Shown here: one piece after another, positions 51,674 through 64,000 of the stretch
Numbering within the stretch: the stretch's first letter is position 1
Layout: the number at the start of each line of letters is the position of its first letter
Assembly: GCA_963924565.1 (NCBI GenBank)
Contig: OZ004607.1
Location: 25,234,001 to 25,298,000, forward strand
Direction: 5' to 3'
Source: Ascidiella aspersa
Taxonomy: Eukaryota
DNA: 64,000 nucleotides
The notes under the pieces: generated by a model
Database searches by the model: none
Told to the model about the DNA's origin: nothing
What the model saw: only the letters and a program-made list of their open reading frames with translations
Made by a program: the position numbers and the translations under genes

Positions 51674-52659
51674 ATGGAAATGGAGTGCAAGGTATCCAAC
51701 ACGACCTATGTTTTCAGAAGTGCTAAAAATTTCTCTGATGCCGTACAAGATTGTCAACGAATCCCAAGCGGAAATATTGCTTTCATGAAATGTAACGACC
51801 CCCGTAAAATAAGGGAAAAATGCATGCCAATCGGACAATTTTGGGTAACTTTTGAAGATGTACCACCGGACAACGAGTTGTGCTACAAGTATGAGCCAAA
51901 ATATCTTACGAAAAGTATAAGCGATTGTGCATACCGAATGGATTACATTTGCCAATACCACACAAATGCATCAACTACAACTAGACCTACAGCCGCACTA
52001 AACAATCAGACAGATAACACAGGCCAAATCGTAGCGGGTCTTGTGGTTACCATGTTGATTGCTCTGATGTTGGCTGTCTCGTGTTACTTTTATCGCAAGA
52101 AACGAGATGGTCAAGAGATTAAATGGCTGCAGAAATTTTGGTTCGGATCAAAAAAGTCTGATCCAACCTTTTCTGTGGAAAATGCTGTTGTTGAAGGGTA
52201 AGTTATCAAAAAGTCACGAACTAATGACAGACAAAAATGACAAAGTCCAAAGAACGCACAAATTAAGATTTATTTAAATATAAAAAAATCGGATTACCTG
52301 TATGGTTAAAATACAATATCATGTCTTCACAGTGTGTACAAGGCGCTTATACTGAATTAATTTTCCACAGGACCGGCCAATCGATTCAAATCGAAATTAT
52401 TGACGAAATGGAGACGCAAAACAGTGCCACTGCTAGTGACACAACACAAGACACAAACGACCAAGAAAAGGGTCATGAGGAAGAAAACCATGATAAATCG
52501 ATTGTAGGCGCAGAGCCAGATTACGTCGACATTAATGAAATTCAACAGGCGGTAGTCAGCAACGACCACGCTGACACGACGATAAAGGCAGAAACTCCGC
52601 GTTACAGCGTGGCCGAGAAAGAGGGTGGCGAAGCCATCTACACAGCAATAAAAAAATAA
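51674..52659 (+). CDS. Second CTLD-stalk-TM receptor paralogue with tyrosine-motif tail; exons 51674-52198 and 52371-52659
   Basis: YVF..KNFSDAVQDC..SGNIAFM..FWV..LC..SDCAYRMDYICQY; stalk; TM IVAGLVVTMLIALMLAVSCYFY then RKKR. Phase-2 intron in the tail, as in the 45162 gene. Tail motifs PDYVDI, PRYSVA and C-terminal AIYTAI. Confidence 0.85.
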
Positions 52660-52738
52660 TTTTAAATATCTGTCGAAGGAAAACTTTACATTGTTGTAAC
52701 CTGTTAAATAAGTGACGACTGGCAAGTGCATAGATAAA

Positions 52739-53147
52739 CAGTGTTGCAATTGCTTAAGTCAATGACTTGAATTGACTTAAGTGCATTTAAGTCGCTGTTT
52801 TTGCTTGACTTGAATCGCTTTGGTAAAATGACTTGACCTAATTCAAGTCTATTGGACAAATGGCTTAACTTGAACTCAAGTTTATGAGTCAAGTTACTTA
52901 TGTTGGAATGAAAATATTTCGTTTAACATTTTATTATAGCTTCTATTTATCTTATTTGCATGTAACACGATTATCGAGTTTGCCAATTTTAGTGGAATAG
53001 TTTTATTTTATACCAGCGATTTGGCTTGGAGATGACTTGCTCTAAAAATCACTTAACTTGGCCAACGGTCGGCAATTGGACTGAGACTTAGCTTGTTTTG
53101 TTTATTTTGAAAAAACTTCATTTTATAATGACTTGTTTACAACACTG
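52739..53147. repeat. GACTTGA/TCAAGTC-repeat dispersed element (related copies at ~38370-38535 and ~46205-46490)
   Basis: Ends CAGTGTTG and CAACACTG, with many internal GACTTGA-like units. The inverse TCAAGTC arrays recur at the other two sites. Confidence 0.6.
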
Positions 53148-55057
53148 AATATATGGGATTTCGTTAGTTTATAATTACACATGTTCTTGTTGTTTTTCTT
53201 TATGTAAATATACCTACTTTGAATTCAAAATTCACGTTATAAATTTGTTTTCGGGTTTCAGATACAAAATACAACTTGAAAAAAAGGCCAAAAGTAGTGA
53301 CACACTTAAAGTTTGTGGTTTTTACAACTGTGTTAGACAATAATGCTTTGTAACGTTGGGAATTGGTCCGTTAACGATGTGCTTAGGGTTTTCAATATAA
53401 TCGTTGGTTTTTCAGTTTGAAAAAAAAACAACTTAAAAACTTCAACGCAAATAAAAATTTTACGCAAATCTTTTAACGCAAGCGCTTGTATCGCTATCGC
53501 CAACCACTGAGTGCTTCGACCTTTAAATCAAACAAATGTTTTGCATTTATTTGATCAGTTTTGTGGGAAGACACTTTGTTTTTTCTTAACCGTTACCGAA
53601 CCTTTTTGTAAAATTTCAAGGAAGAATAAACCCGAAAATTAGGACGTTATACGTGAAACTTAACCGGACCCAAAATTGTTAAAAAGCGGTCTTAGCATGA
53701 CGTCACAACTTACATTTGAAAGTTAGCACTTCTGAACAAGTGCAGCTAACTTTTTTTCCAAGCAAGGTTTGGCGCGGCAAAAATAGTATCCCTGTTGCAA
53801 TCCTATAAATAAAATAGACCGTGTAGAAAAAAAAGTTTTAACTTGCAATCCTGGAAATAAAAAAAATAACGCGAAAATAATAAAAAAATGCATATTTATT
53901 AAGTGAAACTGTACATTTTTGTTGTTCAGAAAGTTGAAAATTAGCTGCATTTTATTGACTCACAGTTCAAGGTTTACCACAAGCTATTTATATTTAACCC
54001 GAATTCGAATTTGGTCACCCCGTTTTAAAGCAACTTTGGTCAATCCGGAACTTAACCAGATTCTGGGTTAATGATCCTGGACAGAAGCCACTTATTTTAA
54101 CACGCTATTGCATAGCCCATATTTGCTTTAAAATTTGTTTTTCTATGAGCGACAACTCAAGCTACTATTCTTAGACGACTGACTCACTCCCAAGCGAATT
54201 AAAACGATTCGTTACTTTAGCAAAGATAAAAATCTAGCTGCACCTTATTTGAAGGTTAAGTTAAATGGCCTGATATAGTTTAAACGAAATTCTGTTGGAA
54301 TTACCACCTATAAACTCAATAATCCCAAAGTGGTTAATAGCTAAGAAACCACCGCAAGTTTTCGCTATGACTTATCTTGCGTGCTTTAAAAGCAACACCA
54401 GCATGAAAACACACAGAAAAATATTTTCGGCATCGTGTTTATTCACCAACGGTAAAAAGCATATGCAATCAAAAAAATCGAAGTTAAACACACCCGCGTC
54501 AAGCTGAAGCAGCCCTGGCGGTATTTCGAGCGAGCAATGAACGCGCGAGCGTCAAAGCACCGACATAAAATCCAAACGAATCTGTTGATAATATTTTTCA
54601 AGCTCGAAGGCAACAAAAATCATTACGCGCAAACAAGCACAATTAAAGCTAAAATCTCTACCGGACCTGGAAGACAAAATTAGAATGATATCAGAGGGTG
54701 GTTGACCTCAAACAAATTAGTCCACGAATAAGCTTTTAATCTTGGGCGCAACTGGCAAAAACTAGCATAAAACAAGCGACAATGTAATTTGTGACTTGGC
54801 ACTATGCGGTGCCTATAAATAATTCGCCTTTAGTCACTTTTGGTTGTAACAAAAACTGCTCACAAACTTTAAAGAAAATTGCAAGTGCAATTCCAGGCGC
54901 CTAATAATGCTACGAATCAGTTAGTCAGTCGCCTTCGATCTCCCGGCCCAAGGTTTGCTCATGGTGAAACCCGCCGCCCGCTTCGTCGCTTCTCTTCGGA
55001 GCGAAAGCGACACCCAGCGGTTACGTGAGTCCTTTTACGCAGCTGCTAGAGGGTGCG

Positions 55058-58000
55058 TCATTCGGCGTAGGTGTGATCGTCGTCGTTCACGCTGAAGTGA
55101 AAACTGCTCCCGGCGTTGACGGAAGAGGAAGCTCCAGCGGCTGCAGAGGAGGACGGGGAGGTGAGGGGATTGCTCCCAGAAGTCGAGGAAGACGGGTTAC
55201 AGGTGTTGTCGACCAGCTTGCGACAAATGGGACAGGTGTTGTGCTGAGAAAAACATATTAAAATTGTTAAAATTAGATAGACCGACATATCGGTTTACCG
55301 CTAATATCGGTCGTGATTTGGCTTCTACTGATATATCGGTATCGGTAAATGTATGCCGATACTTTGGTCGATATTTTAGTAAAATAATATGATATAATTT
55401 TTCTGTAGAACAAAAATTGAACCATTTTTTGATCAGAGAAAATTGGGTTTTAGAATCATGCCAAGTAAATATGCAAAATAATAGTTTAATAAAAATTAAT
55501 AAAGGTATACAATTAAAAGGGTATTTGGATTTTATTTTCAATTAAATCAAGTTTCGAATATTTCCAAGGTATATAAAAACCAATCGGTATCGGTTGACAA
55601 ATATGTGAAAAATCGGTATCGGGCTAAAAAAGTGATGTCAGTCGATATCTAGTTAAAATACTTATAAAAAAGTTTGTAATATTATTGGAGTTATAGGCGT
55701 GATGTGTGACGAATCGTGGAGTCCATTGTCTTACCAGTTTCAGCCAAGGTTCTATGCAGGGAATATGAAAGAAGTGGTTGCAGGGAAGTTTCTTGGCCTT
55801 TTCGCTACATCCAAACGCTTCCATGCAAACTGAACAGTCCTTGCCAGACTCTGCCAAAACAAAAAGAATCAGGGTAAAAAACTAACTCAACAAAATGTTT
55901 GAAAATGTAAATAGATGTAGTTGCTGCAATTTATGTATATTGGCGTGTAATTGTTTTTCGCCCATTGAGATAAAAATATTCCCTGTACTCTGCCTTATGA
56001 AGATAGCTGGGAATGAGCATAAATAAACAATAAAAAAGGATGAGACATCGCTTGGCAAAAAAATGAGACGTTGCTTGGCGGCAAACCCAAAAGTTTTGGG
56101 CACAAACTTTTCGCGTTTATTCGAGTTCACAGCAAGGTCGAGAGGTAAACAACAACACAAGAGATAAACTCGCCGGCGTTCAGCGGGCGCTGGTGATAAA
56201 CAAACGCAGAGACGGGCGAGCGCGAAGTCAGACACTAAAAGCGCAAAGGTCGCTTGCAGAGGCGACCAACCACAAAATGTGTTGGAGGTTGGAACAACAC
56301 CAAATCTATGTTTTTTGTTTTCATGGCTGCATTGGCGACCTCGTACTAAGCATGAATTTTTAAGATCATTTTTTTTAATCGTTTACTATCATGGAAAATG
56401 CATGTGAAAAAAGCAAAAAAAAAAAACGCCATGCGTTAATGTACGTGATCATAAAATTAAACGTATAATTTCTGCGTAGTAAGGGTTTGTGTTTGCAGGA
56501 GATAAAACCATAAAAATACGTTAGAATTTAGTTTAACTCCTAATTTGTTTTATTTTAACAAACGCAGGACCTAGTGTTTAACAAAAAAAGAAAAGCAAGC
56601 CGGGAATTTTTAAAGATTAATACTCCTCTTCTATATTTGTTTACATCATTTCCGCCGAACCCAGTTTAAAGCGTTCTCCCATAAACAATCTCGTCCTGGT
56701 CGGAGAAAAACGTGCAGCGGTCGGGTGTTTTCTCGCCAACAGAAGCACGCCATGGCTGCGACGGACCGGCCAAGGTGAAAAGTTCGAATCCTATGACTTC
56801 TCGGAAACGCCAGAGCCAGGCGAGGTGGTTCCGAAACGCCACAAACGTAAACATTTCTGAGAGCGAGCGATTCTCTCGCCCTCTGGCCGCCATATGTCGA
56901 TCGCGCGCGGGCGAGAGAATAGAAATAGCGCAGCGCGGTTTCAGTTGTAAAGCGCAACTGTAGCGAGAGTGAGCCCTCGTCCGCGCGTCATTGTGGCTTC
57001 ACGATTCCGAATCGGTATGTGGACGCAGCTTGTTGACAAAAGAGAAGACCCCCTCCCGTATTTCAGGAGAATCCCGCGGCGTTGAAAGTACGGTTCAAGA
57101 GTTGGAAGTGCGGTTTTAGGCGATGTTCTACTAGATAACGACTATACGTCCTGAAATTCCTGATGCAAGTCTCTTGTTCCCCATTATTTAGTAATCGTGC
57201 CCTTTGCACACCCTGTTAAGTTTTCTGAAATTGCGTCGACGACGCTTAGCATAGAATTTTGTGTCGCAAAAAGCTGAACTTTTCAGGTCATTGTTTGACA
57301 CGTAATAAACAACGAAGAGCGATCGGCGGTTTTCGAGATGGCGGTTGGTGATAAGCTGAAAAGCCGCGTCTCGGGTCATAAGTTACGCAAGGCGGCGACT
57401 GTCGTCGTGATATTCACACAGAACCAGCCACGAGATCGGAAATAACGATAATAATCTTGACATTTCGGTCAAAGATGCGCAACTTGTGGAGCCATAATTG
57501 CTTAATGGGTAAACTAAACAGCGAACACACAAAGTCAGTCAACACAGCTATGAAAAGGCTACTACTTTCCATTAAATTTTAAACGCAGACAATTATTAGG
57601 GCGAACAGTTTAATTTGTTCGCATCACATATATTAACACCTAGTTAAAAATTCGATTTAGACTGCAGAGCACCGAGGAGTGGTGATGCGGCTTCTGCGAA
57701 CGGCCAGGAGAACTTATCCACTTAAGCCGTGACCGTAATTGGCGTGGTGAGACGTCTTGAAATAACCCAGGTTTCATTAGAAAAAAATAAATCCGATTTA
57801 GACCACATAGAGACATGCCTGAGCCTGGATTGGCCACAATGAAGACGTTGGTCGCCCAATCACGTCAATATGTAAAAATATAATAGGCGCATTTAACGGT
57901 GAGCGTATTAATTTGCGAAATATATATATATCGTTATTTTTTTTTTTACATATATTTACTCTACAACTTCCACCAGTAGAAATTAACGACCTGTCTTTCT

Positions 58001-59664
58001 GTTTACATGTAATTCTCGTCTTAACAAATATATACTTTTTCTTGCCAGTGCGAATATGTTCTAACCCTCCTCTTGGTGCCTGGACCCGCGGCGATTTTAA
58101 ACCGCCGACAAACATATGGCGATTTGTGACGCGAAAAAGCACAAGCTGTTCACCTTTGAGCGAACTTTAGTTGATATGCGATACCGGTAACGGCTCTATA
58201 GATCGGCAGTTTAGGACATTTGTTTGTGTCGCTATGTCAACACAATCTACAAAAATGGTGTGGGGCGGGGGATTGGCGTCCAGCGTGCTCATACGCAAAC
58301 TTTCGAAATGACTTTCCTATACAATTTCCTACATTATCAAAACATCCCCTAAACGCCCGAAGCGATTGTTTACAGTCTAAAAAAACACGACACGTCTTGA
58401 AAAAACGTAAACGAATTGCGCGCAAAACGCCGGCAAGCTTAGAAGAAAGTAGGAAACCGAGAAAGCAATAAGCAAAATAAAAGCTGGCGCTTGACCCTTG
58501 TGCAACCCGCTTGGTGAACTCTGGCCGACCCCGAGAGCGCGTCTAGCAGGGTTCACGCGGCGGTCGCGCGCAACGAAACACCCGAGAAAGGCGAACGCAC
58601 CTTCTCGGCGTGCCTTTTCGGGTGAGGTGACGTATAGGCGAGAGCGCAAGAGGCGTTGTAGAGATGGCGGCGCGAAGAAGCGATCATCCGTAAACAGGCT
58701 GGCGGATTTGCGAGCGACCCGCGAGTGAACCGGCACCTTGCTGGGGTCGCGCAGAGTTCAGGGCGCGCGAGTCAATTCGCTCCAAGCGGGGAAAAGCGAT
58801 CTTCTGTTGGCAAGGGGCTCTGACGACGGGACCGGAGACTGGCGTTTTGTGGGCTCGCTTGCGCGTAACACGAACTCCGCTCTCACAACGAAAATTAACT
58901 GATGTTCGATTAGGTTTCTAAACGGTACCCGAAATATAAGATTGCAGACCTCGTTATACAAGATTTATTCGAAATAATAGACTGTTCACGCAACATAAAC
59001 TGGACAATTGAACTGCACATTTATTTCCAACATGACAAATTTTCAAACGAATCGATTTTGGCCTGAATTGTATTTTTGGCGCGTTGATTTAAGTTGCACA
59101 GTACAGTGAACACTCATTGTGGTTTGCCAACTAAATCCGTCTATTGACATTTAACTTTACTACGATCGGATCGGAGCATACACAAAATACTACGCGCCGT
59201 TCAACGTAAATTTCTTGTTTGTCAATTTAAAGTTAAACTTTAACGAATGTCTCAAAGCGGTCGTTGTTTAACAACTATATCCAGCTTGCACATTTATGGA
59301 ATACTTTGCAGGCAATGCAGTTTTATAAACACGAAAAAAACTTTACAAGGTATGTTATACACCAGTTGATAATTAAAATGACGGTTGATTAGCATACAAC
59401 CCACGTCGTGGTAAAAAGTGCTCACTATATTGCACAGAACGTATGAAAATAAAAAAACATATTTCACTGTACTTTTACTTATGGAAAACTGTACTTATAG
59501 AAAATTCTACTTTTACTGTACAGAAAATTCTAGCGTGTTTGTTGTCGTAATATAAAAAAGCAGGACTTACCAACGTGTGTTTGGTCGATCTCGATGGTCG
59601 GGAGGTCTTTGATGGCGCGGTCACTGGCCGGTGGCGGACCTGCACTCTCCAGTTGACCCAATAA
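55058..59664 (-). CDS. RNF115: RNF115/RNF126-like RING-H2 E3 ubiquitin ligase, last three coding exons (59664-59571, 55850-55735, 55243-55058); 5' exons not identified in this window
   Basis: Spliced product [72 protein letters not shown] followed by a Ser-rich tail. The LLGQLE.GPPPA motif before a C3H2C3 RING is characteristic of RNF115/RNF126. The two vertebrate paralogues cannot be told apart here. Confidence 0.88.
55276..55625. repeat. ATCGGTATCGG-repeat MITE-like element in the last intron of the RNF115-like gene
   Basis: Clusters of (AT)ATCGGT and CCGATA units at both ends of an AT-rich core. Confidence 0.55.
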
Positions 59665-62600
59665 CTGTAATACAGCAGAGATGCGTTCAAGACAGTCTGG
59701 TACTGAAACCATTTTGGTCTGTGCTAAATAAATCCTTGGTGATTCGGCAAACGGTGATTACGCTGTTCTTTTGGCTGACGTTTAAATCCTAATGATGAGC
59801 GAAGCAGGGCGAGTCGCCGGCTTTCCGGATTTACTGCCTTTTTCTCGGCGCCTTTTTTCCCAGAGCAGAGTCTCAAGGTCAGCGTCGAGCTTTGCAAGGT
59901 CAAACCTTATTTGGCTGAGCGGAGCGAGACGCCAAAATATCGCCTAAAACTACCGTTAAACAGACCTGGCCTGGAAAACAAGAGAATTGTACCTCAAGGA
60001 AGAAGGAAAGGGTGGTGTGACGCATCGAAGTAAGCTAACGGCAGGGAAATTTGATACCCCAGGCTTCAAAACGAATTACCTCATCACAAAATACCGTCGA
60101 TGATTTCATTGAGGTACATGCAAATTTTGTTCAGAAACAAAAAATGGACCAATGACGCGGTTTCGTATACAAGCACTTGTCAAATATAAAACTCAGTGTG
60201 GCAAATTTAATTTAGGCTGTATCTCATGCATAGCGACCTATAAAAATTTACCTCGCGGTGAACTTAAAAACGGCTTACAATAAGAGAAACAATATGTTGA
60301 AGGCAAAGTAAGTCTAACTGGAGGTTCATTAGGGTGGCAGTTTTTGTAATAGTCTATAAATATATATTCTAAGAGCATATAACGCAGTGTCCTTTTTTTG
60401 AACGCCACACGAACCCCTTTATTAGTACAACACGCGAATAAAGACATACTGAATTTAGTTATTGAAAAAACACAAATCTCAATTTTCGCTTAATATTTGG
60501 TTAAAATTGCATTACGACACGAACGCGAGTTGTATTAAAGCGACTGCAAAGCGGTGAACTATATCTAAACAAAAACAAACACCATCTTAGCGCGAACTCT
60601 GAGGATTAATCTATTAGTTGACCTGCAAGGAGAGTTAAAGCCGAAATGAAACGCAAACCATAACAACCGTATACGCGATTCGAATCTACGAAGTACACAA
60701 ACTAGATTATGTGGCTTGAAACGGCGTCGAAACCTATTCTAGAGCCTGTTACTATGTTCACGTAAAGTCGGGCGCTGTCACGTTTTTCCAGTTTAAAGTC
60801 CGTTAATGCTAGGCAATCATATACACTTACCACAAATTACACAACGAATTATTTTGACTATTTTCCGATGTGCTTAAATAGTGCATGCCGTTATCCAAAC
60901 ACCTCTTTAGTTCTCTGATTAGTAGAAAGTTAATTTGGTCAAAAGATCAAAACTATGGTATACGTAACCGATATAAATAACCGCATAGGTTTGTCATTCA
61001 ACGCCTTCTGACCGAGGCATCACGACTGGCTAACATCAACAAACTCTACACTCTCTACCTTCAATATCTCGCTTAACCCAAAACATAATGCGCCCACTGA
61101 TAGAAATCTGCGCCAGCTAAACGTGAACACAAGCAAAGCAAGACTGCACCGACTGATCAGCAGCATTGTGCTGCGCTTCACTCGCTCAAGTATGAGAGGC
61201 TCGCTTTTCGATAGACTGTACGCCACACTATCAGTGCACGACAAGCTGCCCTTCGCCTGAACCCGTCGCGCCATTAGGAAAGGACGAAAACACGCTCTGC
61301 TCGCGCTTGCTAATAACCGAAGTATCTACACAATGGGACAGTGCTTTCGCAGCAGTTTCAGTGTCGCTTGCAGGTCTTTCTTTTATACAACAAACCACGT
61401 ATTTTCTTTTATACAATAAACCAAGTTGTAAAGAACAGGTTGGTCTATGTCTACAACGCTATTTTACGATTGTACAGAGCTTTGACAAAGCGAGCTGCCC
61501 TGTATCTGTGTCAAAACCACAGACGAGCAGGAACGAAGCCGCGCGTGAAATTGTGCTCCATCTTGCAAGGTCAAATCAGGGACAGCACAACCCGCGTATC
61601 GATTTTTTGTTGAAGTGCCGAACTTCAATACGCCGTATATATATCCTTCATCAATATACTACTACCTTTTTCAATCTGCATAGGGTATGCTTAACAAGTA
61701 AATTATTTGTCAATGCATATAGCATTGTTACTAACTAAAAAAAATGGAAAGGTAATGAGGTTCTATTTATCATCATGCTGTTGTGGAGAATATTGTGTTT
61801 ACGCTGCTTTACTAATTTAATTTAATACACAGCGGTTTACCTCGGAAGCTACGTGCAGCACAGCTGCGGATAACAACCTAGTAAATAAAGAAGGAATTTC
61901 AAAGGGTGCTCGCCGGGCACTCACATGCGCACTGTGTGGAACGTGACGTCATTGCGGTGGGGTAGATATTGAAGAGTGCTTGTGTTTCACTTCCGTTTGT
62001 TTGTTTCGATCGAAATACTGACGTTAGTGCTTGCTGAAAGTCTTTATAGTATATATGGAATTCGCGTAAGAAAAGTGTGATTAAATGTAATGCCAAAGCT
62101 GTGTTCGTAGGCGGGCGTTTATAACTCCTGTTATTACTCCATTTGTTGTTTCGATCTCTATGCTGTATCTAATAATAATGCAATAATTCTTAAAGGAATC
62201 ATGGACCGGCAATAGGTCTACACTCTACTCTACACTGTGGCCTTAAGCAGAAAGAAAATCATCAACGTCGTTTGATTAAGAAGGAAGTAAAGCACAATCA
62301 TGAAATGACGAAGAATATTTTAGTCTGTGAGCTCGTGTGTGAGATTTGGGTTGAAATTAGAGTTCAACAGTTTGATGCTAAATTTACGGCACAGAGATGC
62401 ACCTGTGTGATCAAAGTATCATGCTATTTAAAACACTTCGACCATTCGGTTTAAAAATATATCTTGGTTGACAAAGGCTCTGAAAGCGGAAACGTACCAC
62501 TAATAAAAAATACTACTCCGCAGCCCAAACGCCTTGCAATTGTGCCGGATTTAGGGGTGCGTCATTGACTAAAACTATTTTTAATGGGCCGCAACAAAAA

Positions 62601-64000
62601 ACAACAAATAACTCAACGTTGCTTGATGACCACTGCAATATTCGTGTATAGCGTAAATTAAATTGTCAAGATGACAAAGCGCGTGTAACAAGCTCCCCTT
62701 AAGTGGGTGTTCAACTTTTAAACAAGGTCAAGTGTGTTGCGCAACGCTGTACTCATACAAAACTATCTTGCGGGCGAGTTGGCTTGTCAGGTCAAGTTGA
62801 CAATTTAAGGTACTCGATTCCTTCAACAGACACTCGCGGTGGTTTTCAAGAACAGAGTCCCTTGTTGCTATACTCGAAAACTGTAAGGGCGAAAGCCAAG
62901 ACGTTTAAACGAGGATGTGATTAACAAGCCCTTAACTCCGAAATTCTAATCGACAGACGTTTAGTTTAGAAGAATGGTAAACTGATTAGAACAAGCTACC
63001 AAGACCATAGTCAAAACTCCTCGTAACTATACTACTTTATGCAATTCGAATTAAAAATCCGTCATAGAGTCCTTACGGTGGCTAAACATGGATGTATTAA
63101 AAGTTTAGCGATATTTTTGGACTTTTGTCATACAATATTTTAACCTCGACAATAAAAGAAATAAACTTGCGTATGCTGTACCCCAAATTTCGATTCCTTT
63201 AAAAGCGAAGATAAAAAGTAAGTCAGTAGGAAAACATTTTATTTTAAGACGTTATCTTTTAAGAAGTAGCCACAAAAATTCCTCTACTGACAAAGTTCAA
63301 GTGCGCCCGACACATGCCTGCGAATTCTATGCTAAAGCACCAAGGTCACGCAAAGGACAAAATTTGAGCGAAAACAGACATAGGAGATAGATTGACGGTC
63401 CGACTACGCCTTGCCTAATTCGGCGCTCTTTGTTGTAAACAAGGCAAATATATTAAGGCATCGTAGAAAGAGCCAAGGGTACCAAAAGTATTTGAAGAAA
63501 AACCGGTTTGTATTTTATTAGACAGTTTTTTCTCAAAAACTTTCATTTGTATATTATTTAAAACATTTGCGTACTATTTTGAGTTCTTATATTGACGCGT
63601 CCGTTGGGTCAGCCGCGCTTCAGATATTATCTGCATGTCAATTTGGTGAAAGTTAGATTCTTCAGTATTCCAAAAATACAAATGGACTGATACTCTTCAG
63701 TGAAAAAGCGTGATGTTTTTCTGATTTACAAATGCGATATGCCACCAAGCAACAGGGCATAAATAGAAGCAATTATAATTGACGATAAAGTCGCAACTAT
63801 CTTGATATAAAATACTTCATATAAAAGTAGTTACGTAAGCTATTAAAAAACAATACGTTTTGCGACAGCAATTGTTCCTTCGTTAGGCAAACAGACAAAT
63901 TGTGAAATATGCGACTTCGTGGCACGTTTGCCCACAAAGGTGAGCCACTGGTAGTTGTCGTTGTGTCATTTTTTAATTACAGAGACTCGGAGGTCTTTTA

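Noticed and set aside
51470-52749. Minus-strand ORFs 51470-51961 and 52357-52749
   Set aside because: They are antisense shadows of the CTLD receptor exons.
56646-58961. Arg-rich ORFs on both strands in GC-rich intron patches
   Set aside because: Expected by chance in GC-rich DNA; no domain, ATG context or splice support.
59791-59920. ATGATGA...CTGA as a C/D snoRNA
   Set aside because: It is antisense to the host gene, with no terminal stem or recognisable rRNA guide.
1-64000. Prokaryotic systems (CRISPR arrays, operons, defence islands), rRNA and tRNA genes
   Set aside because: The sequence is intron-rich eukaryotic DNA; no repeat-spacer arrays, rRNA or cloverleaf structures were seen.

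Overview
AT-rich (visually roughly one-third GC) animal genomic DNA with many short GT-AG introns and abundant MITEs. Gene content and style suggest an invertebrate, most likely an ascidian/tunicate (inference, not proven). The ORF track mostly shows exon fragments, so all gene models below were spliced by eye. Left to right: (1) a type-I membrane EGF + zona pellucida (ZP) protein, one intron of which has a non-canonical CT donor; (2) a very divergent SLC2A/GLUT-like transporter; (3) an uncharacterised, low-complexity multi-exon gene; (4) an orphan class-A GPCR with altered micro-switches; (5) a tandem cluster of three single-pass genes with compact C-type-lectin-like domains, two intact with tyrosine-motif (ITIM-like) tails and one apparently decayed; (6) the 3' part of an RNF115/RNF126-like RING-H2 ligase on the minus strand. 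Inside the lectin cluster lies a 139-bp insertion with a 13-bp TSD, a 23-bp inverted repeat and a minimal hammerhead ribozyme typical of Penelope-like elements. The best candidate for a new system is the CTLD-ITIM receptor cluster, whose intact members appear to lack signal peptides.
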